From Rhizophagus irregularis (lineage: Eukaryota), in contig NC_089429.1 of NCBI RefSeq assembly GCF_026210795.1, positions 3,348,001 through 3,412,000 of the forward strand: DNA of 64,000 nucleotides. The letters run 5' to 3'. The translations under genes and the position numbers were made by a program. Below, in pieces: positions 39,214 to 51,164 of the stretch (within the stretch, counting starts at the first letter, position 1; every line of letters starts with the position of its first letter). The notes below the pieces were generated by a model. It ran no database searches. It was given only the letters and a program-made list of their open reading frames with translations, and had not been told where the DNA came from.

Positions 39214-42200
39214 CATCTATGGCAGATTGAGAGTCAGTATGAATAGTGACCGTTGAAGACGAAGGAGTGACTGTAAGAGCAGCATGTATAGCGGCGATTT
39301 CAGCTCTTGTAGAAGAAGGCCAATTGTGAATAATTCCATGCGCGTGAGCAGCGATAGATTGGAAAAAACCAGCGCCATCGAGGACTTGAACCCAAGACCA
39401 ACCCATAGAAACATCAGGAGTGCCAAGGTTAATTAAAGAACCATCAGTATAAAAACAATAATGATTATCGGGAGGAGTTGCTAACGGTGAGGCAGCAAAA
39501 GCCAGAGAGGCAGCCGAACCCAAGGAGGGAGAAGGAGAAGGAGAAATGAAAGTAACCACATCTTCTTGTGAAAAATTAGGTAGAATGTCCAAACGACCAT
39601 AATAGGATCTTACAATCTCGTCAAGGTCCGCCCAAGTAAAAGGAGAAGTAATAGTGGTGGTGTCATGTCTAATACGCTCCTGCGTTGTTGGAAGAAGTAA
39701 AGATCTAAGAGGAGAAAGTTTTGGGATGATACATAAAGGAGTAACATCTGTTGGATTGCTTTTAGTATGGGTAACTGGTACATGTTTAGAACAACCAGGA
39801 CAAGGAGTGAGCGTGATAACATCATTAGGTCGAGTCACACAATCAGAGGTCCAATGGACAATCTTGCAGAAATATTGTTGTTTGCTAAGTTGTTTTCCAA
39901 AAAGAGGAGAGCCATCTTCGCTTAAAGTCACGATCCATTTCATGGATTTTCTAGAGGAACCAAAAGCTGGAGCCAAATCAATGTTTGAAGGGATAGCTTC
40001 AGAAGAAAATTGATCCAAGAGCAAAGAATTGGAATTTGGAAAAGTGACGCAATGGTGGATATCAGTGAACCATTTATGCGGGAGGACACGATGGCCTTTC
40101 CTACTTGATAGATTGGATAAATAAACATTCCAAGTGATCATATGGGTTCCTTGAGGCGTGATGAATTGAGATAGGTAATAGAGTTGCAAACTTCTTAGAC
40201 GTCGGAAGTAAGATATAAAAATTTTTGGAGTCATCACTTCAAATAAAGGCGTGTAACCATCAGGTACGGTGATGTCAGACAAGGTTGAAAATTGAGAACG
40301 TGACAACTTGAAAGGAGTGGTGGTCAGGAGAGCAATAGTGCAAGCGATATAATCCTGTTTAAAAGCGAAAAGTTTAGACCATAAAGTCCAATCTTTAACT
40401 AACAATGGAGAAATAGGAATCAAAAAAGAAAATTGAATTAAACGTAATCTATATAAAAATAAATTTTTTATAAAAAAGGAAGAAGAATTAGCTAATAAAA
40501 ACAAATTAGTTAAATGTGTTTGTGATTGATGAAAAAATAAATTAATCAATCCCAAGCCTTGAGATAAAAACAAAATAGAATCTGGGAGTACACGTGAAAA
40601 ATTGGCCTTATGTTTAACCAAGGAACGGATACTGCTGGTTGCCGAGGCGCATTCAGATTCAGAGAGGTGTGTGACTTGCATGCGATATTCCAATTTCGGA
40701 ATAAGGACAGTGTTGTGTAAATAAACAACTTGTTTAGCAGATAATTTGGCAGGACGAACGGTAGCAGCGAAAGAGTTACATTCTCGAGCAACTTGCTTTC
40801 TGACAAAATCACAAGATCTAGCGACATTGAACCAGACGCCCAGGAAGCGGAAAGAACTATTCATGGAAATAGGCACAATAGAAATGGAAGGAACTTTGTT
40901 CAGTCCAGATAATCGCAAGTCAAACACGACTGGAGAAGGCGAAGGAGCTGAAGTGGAAGGCAACGAATTAGTAATTAAAACATATTTGTTGTGATTAGCG
41001 GAAGTATTATTGATCTGATAAAATTCTTCCGTAATAGAAAGCATCGATTCCATTCCAGATTTAGATGACGAAATTAAAGTGGAATCGTCCATAAAGACTA
41101 AGTTGTTGATGCGTAATCCATCTGGACTTGCCTCAGCCAAGGGATTAGATAAAGAAGGAGCATGAAGTATATATGGGTCCATCATTTCATTCTTAAGAAC
41201 AGTCAATAAAGGGTCTATATATATAACCCAAAGTAAAGGAGAGATAACTTCGCCTTGATCTATACCAATACGAACGCGGTAAGAAGGTGTAGTTCCATGA
41301 GCAGTAAAAACGCGATTAGAGCGTTTCATAAAAAGGGATAAAATAAACTTGGTAGCAGAAGCAGGAAGTTTAATGCGTTCTAAAGCAAAACGCAACATCT
41401 TGAGATCAACCGAGTCGAAAGCCTTCGAAATATCTTGTGAAAGGATCCAAAGCGGCGATTTGTTGACATGGGCATCATGGATGATAGATTCGAGTACGAC
41501 AATAGGGTTGCGACAAGAACCACCAGGGAGACCGGCGAAGTTTCCTCCTTTGAGAACTTCATTCGAAGCCAAAGTGGAAGCGAGACGATTATAAAAGAGT
41601 TTGACCAAAGATTTTCTAATTACTTCAAGTAAAGTAATAGGTTTTGTATTCTTGAGTTGACATTTCCATTCGTGAGGTTTAGGGATAGGGAAAACCATAG
41701 CTTGACGCTATAAATCAGGAATGTCTGCAGTGCGGAAACATGATTGGACCAGGATTAAAACCAGAGCAGAAGCGTTTGAACCCAGATGCTTAAGCATCTC
41801 ATAAGTAATCATAGAAGGACCAGGAGCTTTGTCGTTAGGCATGGAAGAGACCGTAGACAACCATTCTTCAAGAGTAGGAGGATCCAACAAAGAATCATAA
41901 ATAGAAGAATTCACATCATCCATAGGGCGATAAGCAGAAGACCATTTGTCAGGAAGAGCTGAAATGTTATCAGGAGGAGATGATTTAATAGGTACGGAAT
42001 TCTGGAAGTGGTTGATAACAGCGTCGTCAATATCATGCAGGTCCGTTAAAAGTTTAGGTTGTGTAGGGTGGTCGATAAAGACACGATCCAAAGTGATACG
42101 ACGTCGAGTCCTTGAGAGAGCTGAATTAATGAATGAAGAAATATCAGATTCAAAATTGTTGTCCCTATCATCCAATTTGGCACGAATGGAAGAATCTTGA

Positions 42201-43633
42201 AAATCTTTTTCTTTGAAAAGGAGGAGGCCATAAAGGGCACGGGAAATAGTCTTTAAGGATTCTAATAAAGAATTAAAACCGTCTTGCCTACATGTGGTTA
42301 AAGAAGTAGGTAAAATAGGGGGGGAAGGAATAACCTTCTTATAAAGATGAAGAATTTTTTGAAGTCGAATGAAATGAATGGACCAAACATGTTCATATCT
42401 ATTAAAATATGTGGAAGGATATTTGCGCAATAAACGTATCGAATGCAAAAGACGGCTGAGGAAACGATAATGTTGAGTTAAAATTTCCAAATCTTTAGGC
42501 ATCGTAGGTGTGTGTTGATTACCAACCGTGACAGATGGAAGAGAAGCATTAGCAGCTTTCACGATACGGGAATGTAAATATTCACATTGTTGATTGATGT
42601 GCCATGTTGAAAAAGTAGAAGGAAGAACGTCGCAAAGTGAGTCAGTGTGAGTGGAAAAAGATTCCCATTGTTGAGTAGTGACTGAATCAAATTTGAAAAT
42701 GCGGCGAGTTCGACGTTGAAGTTGTTTAGCACGAGCAACCTTGATAGACGCAGCCAAGAGTGAATCATCAAAATACGTGATGACAGGATTGTGATCAGAA
42801 GAGCAAGTATCGTGGGCGTCGAATATGTAGGAAGTGAGAGCAAAGCTTTTTAGCATCGGGCAGGACCAAACATAGTCTATACGAGTAATCTGGTCATCAC
42901 GGTGGAAGGTGCCTAGGGAATCAGAAGCATTAACAGGAATGGTTTCTTCATAACCATGAGATAAAAGATGATGCAACAAACGGTAAGACCGTTGAGAAGC
43001 AACAGAAGGACGGTTAAAATAAATAGGGTAATAAGTATCTAAGTGCATATTAAAATCGCCACAAATGGCGTGATAAAAATTTTGTTGTTTAGTTTGCACT
43101 AACAATTGTAAAAGGAGATCAATAGTTTCAGATCGTAATTTAGAATCGGAAATAGGAGGGATATATATAACAAAAATACGCAATTTGACGTTGCCTTTAA
43201 AATAAAGGTCAACAGATAAAATTCGTGAGGAATGCGAAACAAAATCTTGTACATGAGAAGCAAGGGATTTTTCAATAAAAAGGGAAACGCCACCAGTAGA
43301 TTTGACTTGTTTAGTTTTATCTATGTCAGAGGAAAGGACAGTATAATTAGGAAGGCGTTTGGATAAAAAATGAATTTGTTTGGGGGATAAATGGGTATCT
43401 ACGATACCACCAAAGGAAATATGTTTGAGGTTGAAAAAGTTTGAAATTTGTTCAATTTTAACTTGACTATTATGGCGAAGACCATTAACATTAAAGGAAG
43501 AAATATTAAAAGAATTAGGGATAGGAGAAACATTTAAGGTAGTAAATAAAGATTCATGTGCTGAAAAATTATAAATATCTACAGAGTTGGGGGGGTTTCG
43601 AACGAACGTATCATAATCAAAATTGTCAGTCAT
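39214..43633 (-). pseudogene. LINE ORF2, 5' part: APE endonuclease, reverse transcriptase, start of RNase H
   Basis: SFNVNGL, ICGDFN, RIDYVW, SDHNPV (APE); KAPGPS, QDISKAFDSV, GIDQGEVISPLLW, FMDD, FLGVWF (RT); FYTDGS, TRAEIAA, TDSQSAI (RNase H). One in-frame TAG at 41708. Confidence 0.93.
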
Positions 43634-43680
43634 TAGAACACAATGATAATAATAAACGGGGAGGAGAAATGAGAAATCAG

Positions 43681-45813
43681 TTATTGCGAAGGAGCTGAAG
43701 CTCGATCGGAAGGAGAACCACCAAGAGAAGCGATAAAACCTTGAATGGAACCAGTGAGCGATTGCAAAGTATCTTTAATCGCTTTTTGATCTTGAATAAC
43801 CGAGTTCAATTCGTCATGCGGGGAAGGGGTAGAAGTGGATGTAAGAGTTGAGTGCAGAATATTATTGAGTGTAGATTTGGGGGAAGGGGAATTCTTGACA
43901 CCAGAAGATAAGGGAGCATTAGGATGTGGGATTAAGGTACCAGTAGTTTCAGGAGGGTCTTCTTCCATCCGATCAGGTTCAGAATTGACAACAGGAGCGG
44001 AGGGAGGATGGATGCCTAAATGGGCTTCAATAGCAGATAGCCGTTGATTGTTAAGTTCTAGATTTGAAATGCGGGATTCCACACGAGCAACATCTTGTTG
44101 AAGATTCTCTAAAACATTAAGAATCTTAAGGGCAGCCTCAAGAGCATTAGGAGAATTCGGATCCGGGAGTGGAGCACGAGCATTGGACGAAAAAGAAACA
44201 GATCTATCTTTGCCTTTTCGATTATTGGAAGGCGTACGTCCATGAGCAGTTGAGGAGGAGTTAACTGGACCAGAGGAGGAGGGTTTAGTATTGTTAGAGC
44301 TATTATTATTATTATTAGAGCGGTTAGAGTTTGAATTCAGACGCTGAGCAGAGGCAGAACGATCTCGGGATTTAGAGCGAGAGCAAGACCGAGAAATATT
44401 ACGCGGAGCTCTTTGTTGGGCAGGTCTTTGGACAATGTTGAAGCGTTCTTTAAGGGCGGCAACAGGGTCGCGTGTACGTGAGCGTCCGCGGCGTTGATTG
44501 AGCGGGCAGGAGGTAGGAGCACAACCAAGCTTACCACATCTGTGGCAGAGGGCTTTCGAATCGTTGGAAGTACCCCACCGAAGAGTACGACCTTGGAATC
44601 CAATTGTTTGTTCCATAGCGGCATCCATTGTCTCTTGCGAGTTGAAGGTAACATAAGCCCAAGGCTTGGGTTTATAAGAATTTAGGGAAAGGGGAATGTT
44701 AATAGCTTTTGCTCCATGTTCTTTGACCAAAGGAGCGAGATGGATATCTTTAGTATTAGCGGGAAGTCCAGAGAGAACAGCCACGAACACTCTACGAGCA
44801 GCTTTTTGATCTAAGGAGTAATGGCAAGGGGTAACACGCAAGCAGGTGGAAAAGCAATAAACTGCCTATTGAGTTGTGAAACGGGAGATGGCATCGGCAT
44901 GATCATAGACAATGCGAGCTTGTTGCATCTTAGCACCTTTCCTTGAGTAGAGATGGAGGGCAAGGAGATTGCCAAATTTCTTGAAGTAGGATTGGAGTTG
45001 CGGTTTAGTAATGAAGAACGGTATATCCGTGACTTGGATTGCACGGAGGTCTTCATCAGACCGGAGCTGTTTGGGATCGTACTAGTGGAATTGAAGGTCT
45101 GGAAAGTCGGAGTGTGTGCTTCCAACACACAAGTCACGAGCCTCCGCAGTATGGAAGTGAATGATGAGACGTTTAGCGTCTCCTGAACCAGTCATACGAG
45201 CCCGACCGGTATATGATTCATATGTTTCTAAAAACAAATTGTTAACGGCATCAATGATTGCCTTATTAGTTTTAAGTTTCTCTAGAGTTTGGGGAGTGGA
45301 GTTGGGCGCAGCCGCAGCCAGGAAATCTTGACGATTAATGGTAATGGTAGGGGAGGGATCGACAGCCTGATCGGGCGATGTACCATCATTCACGTCCATA
45401 TTAGGGGACGCGTTAGGGGATGAGTTATTTTCTTTGTTTCGGGGTGCATGAATTGACGCGTTAGTACCAGAAGACGCGTCTTGGCCAGGCGCAGGAGGCG
45501 CAGCAGAATTATTCGGGGTAGAAGCTTGAGTATTTTCTTGAGCGGTGCTGCGGGAATTATTTTGTTGAGGAATAGCGGTCGAAGTTGAACCAACTAAACC
45601 ACCATCAGCCGGCGCGTCGGCAACGAAATCTTCATAGTCTTCATCCATGGAGTCTTTTGTAAGTATACGGGAACGTTTTTGAGAATTATTATCACTATCA
45701 GAACCAGAGTTGTCAGAGAGTTGTTTTTTATTATTTTTCTTTTCTTGACGAGCAGCCTTATTACTATTAGGATTATAGCTGCCGCCACCTCTTCTAGCAA
45801 GGTTTCTAGACAT
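43681..45813 (-). pseudogene. LINE ORF1 (RRM-like, Cys knuckle, coiled coil), two in-frame stops
   Basis: PWAYVTFNSQETMDAA (RNP1-like) and CHRCGKLGCAPTSC. The pieces are in one frame, separated by TAG at 45082 and ~44868. Confidence 0.8.
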
Positions 45814-45954
45814 GTTAGAAGGTATGAGTTGGGTAAAATATAAGAGTTGTTAGTACGAAGATATAAAATTTTCTTTCCGAAAATTTTTGGTTAATAGATC
45901 GGCGGTAAGAGATCTATCATCAGTCCTATCAGTCCTATCATCAGTCCTTGTCAA

Positions 45955-46649
45955 GGTAAACATAGCATGAGCTTGAATTTTATTAATTAATGCCGAAGTA
46001 ACTTTAGAGAAACACAGAGTGATCTAAAAAGTACCGCAACAAGTGCAGAACTAATAGAAAAACAAAGAACAAATAATCTTCCGAAATTACAAATAAGAAA
46101 AGCTAAGATTAAAAACCCCACCCTCTCTATATAAATAACTACGGCTACTCCCCCCAAATATATCTCAAAATGAGTAAAGTCGACTATGCTATACGTAACC
46201 CATCCAGCGCCGTACCCACTCCTAGAATCGGTAAAGAACCTCCGAGCTACCATTAGCACTATCAAAAACGCCTAAAATTCAATTTCCCCTATTTGACTAC
46301 ATACTATGGATAACAAACCTATTTCACAAAGACCTCCGGGAACTTTTTAGTGTCGTGCAGTCCAGCCGATGGGGAACTTTTTAGTGTCGTGCAATCCCTG
46401 AAGGGACACCCACCTCATTTCGAATGATCCCAAACGGAGGACACCCACCTCATTGCGAACAATCCATCGACCTAAGATCTACCTAGATAAGTCAATCCAA
46501 TGATAGTCCATCATGTGACCACCTTGATCGGCATACTACAAAAACTGCGGTACCCAACCTGTCACCCCCCTTATCACCCCAATGATGATCGATTTTGAAA
46601 ATTGTAACACCAAGCCACCATGACGATCAAATTTTCCAGTATCCCCCCA
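45955..46649 (-). mobile_element. Short (~695 bp) non-autonomous or truncated non-LTR retroelement at the same target site as the LINE
   Basis: Bounded by ATCAGTCCTTGTCAA (45940-45954, 46650-46664). Its end GGTAAACATAGCAT resembles the LINE end GGCAAATATGGCAT, and both carry a TCCCCC..CAA.ATATAT motif ~190 bp in. Confidence 0.65.
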
Positions 46650-47144
46650 ATCAGTCCTTGTCAAAAAATGCTAGGATGCCTGATGATGAGTCATCAGTTC
46701 TTGTCGCAAAACACGAGGATACCTGATGAATAAGTTATTGGATTATTGGCGCAAAAGCATTCGTTGAAAAACTATGGATTATATTACAGAAAATGTGAAC
46801 GGAGTTCATGTCACGTGATACCCTGAACAAATGTGTAGAGTGTCGCGTGACTTCATGCGGGTACGTAGATCATTTCCTTTTTGGGCGATACCCGTTCCAC
46901 AAAAATCGATTTGGTAAGAATGCGTTTGGAACCTTGTGTAACATAAATTTCCTTTTTCGGTAATTCGGGATTACGCGGTAATGCCGGCCGGATCTAAAAA
47001 ATATGACTCTGCAGGGTAATTCCTACGAAAGTCAAGTACAAAATGCTTACTCCTGTTGAAATTCAATCATTCCACTTCCAGTCCAATCTCCAAGGATCGC
47101 CTCCCCATCTGCTCACTTAATGCATACTCTATGGTTTCCCTCTC

Positions 47145-47474
47145 TTAGGGGTCCACAACCATCCCATTCCTAAGCATTTTCTCCATAATATAAAGCTGAT
47201 CCTCGGTAAGGCGGTTTATCCATCTTTTATAGAGGTCGTTTACATCTTCAAACGTTATCCAGTCAATTTCCCTCTTTATATAATGCTTTCCGAGAGCTTG
47301 GATTTCACAGTACACATCCCCGATCGTAGTGGCATAATTTTCCCACCTCTTATATGCCTCTCGACGAACTTCCTGCCACCACACTCTATCTACCTTACTC
47401 GCTGCAATAAGGTCAGTATCCGGGATCTTTGTGACAATGCGTTCGACTATTTCTACTGGTAATCGGTCCAACAT
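47145..47474 (-). CDS. F-box domain protein
   Basis: MLDRLPVEIVERIVTKIPDTDLIAASKVDRVW matches the F-box consensus. The stop may be premature. Confidence 0.8.
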   Translation of the reverse strand: MLDRLPVEIVERIVTKIPDTDLIAASKVDRVWWQEVRREAYKRWENYATTIGDVYCEIQALGKHYIKREIDWITFEDVNDLYKRWINRLTEDQLYIMEKMLRNGMVVDP

Positions 47475-47583
47475 GATGTTATGTTACTTATACTATAGCT
47501 ATCTTCAATTACTGTATGCCTATTACACATGGATAAAAAATATAGACTAAATTCGTACAGAATCGTAGGACCACAGGAGCCGC

Positions 47584-48054
47584 TTATGCAAGAAGTTCTG
47601 TTAAGGTTTTCTCGGCCTCGTTTTTAGTAATAGCTCGCTTTGGGGGACCGGTTGATGAGTCCTTAGTCGCATTATAATACAATTCGAAGAGGGCCTCAAG
47701 CTTATCTAGGAGAGCTTGTTTATTCTTGTATGATTCGCGGATTTTTGCTATTTTAGCAGTATATGCCGCATTATCTGGGAAGAGTTTTCTGGCCACGAAC
47801 TTCACATATGATACAGGAGAATTTGCCGTCTGGATTCGCTTGATATACTTCACGTGGTCCTGGACGAGGTAACTGGTTTTGCTAAACCCAGATACTAATG
47901 CGACTACTATAGTATCTTTTAATGCGCGGATAATCTTGGGGACAGTTTCGTCAGTGATAACACTAGGCTGAATGCGCGATGCCTCGTAAATAACCTCCTC
48001 ACTAGTGCTGTCAGTGCTGTTAACAATGCTTGCGAATTCGGTATATGTTGACAT
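47584..48054 (-). CDS. Hypothetical protein of the Polinton-like element
   Basis: Intact 156-aa ORF preceded by AACTGAAGAT. Confidence 0.65.
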   Translation of the reverse strand: MSTYTEFASIVNSTDSTSEEVIYEASRIQPSVITDETVPKIIRALKDTIVVALVSGFSKTSYLVQDHVKYIKRIQTANSPVSYVKFVARKLFPDNAAYTAKIAKIRESYKNKQALLDKLEALFELYYNATKDSSTGPPKRAITKNEAEKTLTELLA

Positions 48055-48136
48055 GATTCTTTGTACTTTGTAAAAAATATAAATCTTCAGTTACCTGTTT
48101 ATTCGAATGAGAAAAAATAAATATGAAACTCGGGGT

Positions 48137-48633
48137 TTACACTTGGGATACTGCAAGGCAGTAGAAGCGTCGCTTGGCCTTTTGTATCAATGGAGAGCCT
48201 GGTCTATATAACCAGGGGATAGCGACTTTCTGGATGATCTTAGCCGCTTTATTGTTCCTTCTTTCTATATATCTCCTAAAGGCTTTCTGGATCATTTCAG
48301 CATGATGAGTATAATAGTCGAAATTAAAATGCTTCGAGCAACTATATAAATGTAGTCGTACCGCTTGATCCATGGAAGCATCGGCTCCCCATCCGCGATC
48401 AATAAAAGATTTACAGTAGGTACAGTACCACCTATTTGGTAGTCGTGATACTATTCTTCTAATGTGCACAATATAAGCATATACAGCTTTCGACGAGACC
48501 TTGGATAAGGTAGCCGCCTATGAAAACCTATTCTACTACAAGTCTCATAATATTGCACAGCATTCTGAATGCGCTTAGCCCACGTGTGGAAACTTTCGTC
48601 GTCTTGTCTACCTAATCCGTCGGTGTTTTGCAT
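48137..48633 (-). pseudogene. IQ-motif and zinc-finger-like protein (probably one frameshifted gene)
   Basis: WYCTYCK...HLYSC; IQ-like AEMIQKAFRRY and AAKIIQKV. The two ORFs overlap at ~48460. Confidence 0.5.
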
Positions 48634-48726
48634 TTGGGTATCTTGTAAGATTACATGTTCTATAGGTTTATTCAATTATGCTATCACGGTATGTCGGTAA
48701 AAAATAAACCTACCAGTTCTTAGCAA

Positions 48727-50578
48727 TCATGTCCAGATAACCTTGTTCGCATTTTTCACATGGCAGTATCCCACGGTTTCAAACTTGAAAGTCTTTAGAG
48801 TCGTATCTGCATTCTCTGAACAAGTGAAAAGCGCGGGGCTATCTGGCTGCTCTTCTAAAATAAATCCATCCGTATGGATACGTCGTACTTTATCCTTGTA
48901 TGGTTGAATTGCCTCAGATGTGATTTTGCGACCACGTGCTAATAAGAATGGGGCGATCCTGGGATACTCACCTTTGAAGGGATTACCCGGGTTTGTGAAC
49001 TGGAATCGCCACTGGTCAGATCCTACTGGTATGATAGAGTCGAGTGTATGGCCCTCTGGAAATGTAAATGGGTCTGTTTGATCTGCGGTGAGTGTCTTGT
49101 AATTACGCTTCCTCTGGCATAATGCTCCCCATAATGTGTTGAGGACTCGCTTTGCCACGCGGCCAGCTACGCCACCTTGGTTTTTAATTTTCAAGAGGAA
49201 GTGTACATACTCACCAAATATTACAGTTCCAGGGATTCTTGCTTCTCTATCATATATCAATGCATTTGGCTTCCCATCCTGTATTAACTGTATATTGAGA
49301 CCAAGTTTTTTTGCTCGTTGTAAGTCGATGAATGTATAGATTCCCCTTTTATTCTGTCGGAAGAGAATATTATTCCCACTTACCTTAGCATGGAATAATC
49401 CATACAAGGCATAACCCCTGTGGTCAACAAAGTCATTAAGTGTCTGGAATTTACCCCGTCTGATTGGAAAGTTCGCGTTCGATTGTTGGATACTCGGGTA
49501 TAAACTTGTTGCATCGTACTGTCTTCCATAGCCCTTCCACTCGTTATCTGCCCAGATTAATCCTCCCATCATTGCATCACTTAACCACTCTGCTTCTATC
49601 GGGTCAAGAGGATCATTGGCTGGAATCCCTACACTTAATCGTTCGAATAACCAGAGAGCCGTTCTTTTGTAAGACCAGTTATGGTATGATAAGTCGATTC
49701 CTAAACTGAACTTCTTTGTAGTTTGTAAGAAGATATCCCGCTCCTCGTGGATTTTCTGATATGCTTCTTCAAGAGTTTCATATACTCCAGTCTTACGGTT
49801 TTTCTCGACGGGGATGAAAGAACTCTTGGAATTCTTAGTCTTTTGAAACTGCGCAATTGTGCAAGACTTAACTGTTTTGCCGTTGTATATTGTGACTACA
49901 TTATTGGTCCCATCTTCATAGTATACAATGGGTAAATTACGCTTTCTATCTATTTTACTGGGGTGGAGTCTTCCGGGATTTAACGCGATGGAGTAATGGC
50001 CTTCTGATAGGATGAGAGTCGCACGTCTATCGGACTTACTCTTAGAGATTCGGGTAATGTCCCCCACAATATTAATTGCGAGACTTCCTGCAAGTTGTTC
50101 AACCTTGTCCATGCATGAAACTGGGATGGGAGCATCGCGATTGAGACCTAATGCCTTTTTGATATACTCGGGCTTTTCGATTGACTTTGGCATTTTAGAG
50201 AATGTGCCGTAGATATTTTTCAGGCATTCATACAGGCAATCATTTAGCTTCCCCGTTGCAACCTCCTGCAACCGGTGGGGCATCTACATAAATTATGAAT
50301 CGTTCAAAATAATCAGGGTCTGCGTCATCCGGTAGTTGTGCTTCGTCGTAATGATCCAAGAGTGAGAAAAGGCTAGCTGGTTGGTTTCCTGATGTCCAAC
50401 CACCGGGTTTCCAGTTTTCATAGGGAAGTAAAATCTGGAATTTACAATTTGGATATTGGGATTGGAGTCGCTGACCGAGTCTTGCTATTGCTCCTCTGGA
50501 AAAGCGGACGCCAGAAAACTGGAGTTCCTTGATGTCAGGTCGTGTTGGTAAGGCGCGTGCAATTTTTGAATGAGTCAT
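48727..50578 (-). pseudogene. Compact protein-primed-type family B DNA polymerase (frameshift at G-run ~50252)
   Basis: MMGG...YDATSLYPS (motif A), AKRVLNTLWGAL (motif B), RIHTDGF (motif C variant). The upstream ORF joins as GGCNG-KLNDCLYECL. Confidence 0.85.
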
Positions 50579-51164
50579 TTGATATACTATGAATTGTATT
50601 CAATTGTAATATAGCTTTTCTTTATAATAAGTGTAGGATAATTTAGGACAAAAAAATATAAGATAATTACACGTCACTTATCTTATTAAATGGAGTCAAT
50701 CATATCACAGACCTCATCAAAATACTCATCATCAAACTCGTCGATGATTCCATTGGCAGCTTCCCATTCACGTTCCATATTAGTCTTTGGACGTTCCTCG
50801 GGGATCTCTCGCGCTTTACCCTTATCTGCCCTCATAGTTTCATAACCAGAGGGGTGGGAATAATTTCGGCATTACGATTATCCTTGTATACTCTTATTAA
50901 ATCCGCGAGTTCTTTACGGCTAGGTGTTTTAGGTAAGTATCCATTATATTCAATCCAGTCCTTGAAACGGTCTACTACTTCCCTAAGGTAGTACTGGTAC
51001 TCGTCCTCAATACGCGTTGTGGGACATTCCTCTACTTCAAACGCGAGTATTTCCCAGTCATAGTCATCTGACGCATCTTGATACTTGGCCCATAATTCCT
51101 TACCTGTATTGTAGAGTTCATTGAAGACCTGGTCTTTTGAATTTTTAACCCACGGTTTGCGATC

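Larger units (their letters stand above)
13197..45937 (-). mobile_element. Full-length LINE (APE endonuclease, RT, RNase H), interrupted by a CACTA transposon
   Basis: ORF1 and ORF2 on the minus strand, flanked by direct repeats TCATCAGTCCTTGTCAA at 13180-13196 and 45938-45954. Confidence 0.9.

Noticed and set aside
39214..43633. RT as a native gene of the Polinton-like element, supplying the Gag
   Set aside because: It is a non-LTR APE-RT-RNase H ORF2 inside its own target-site duplication, so it is a secondary insertion.
45911..46740. Hammerhead ribozyme or C/D snoRNA suggested by CTGATGA motifs
   Set aside because: No correctly placed GAAA and stem II, and no convincing C/D box pair; the motifs are explained by the target hairpin.
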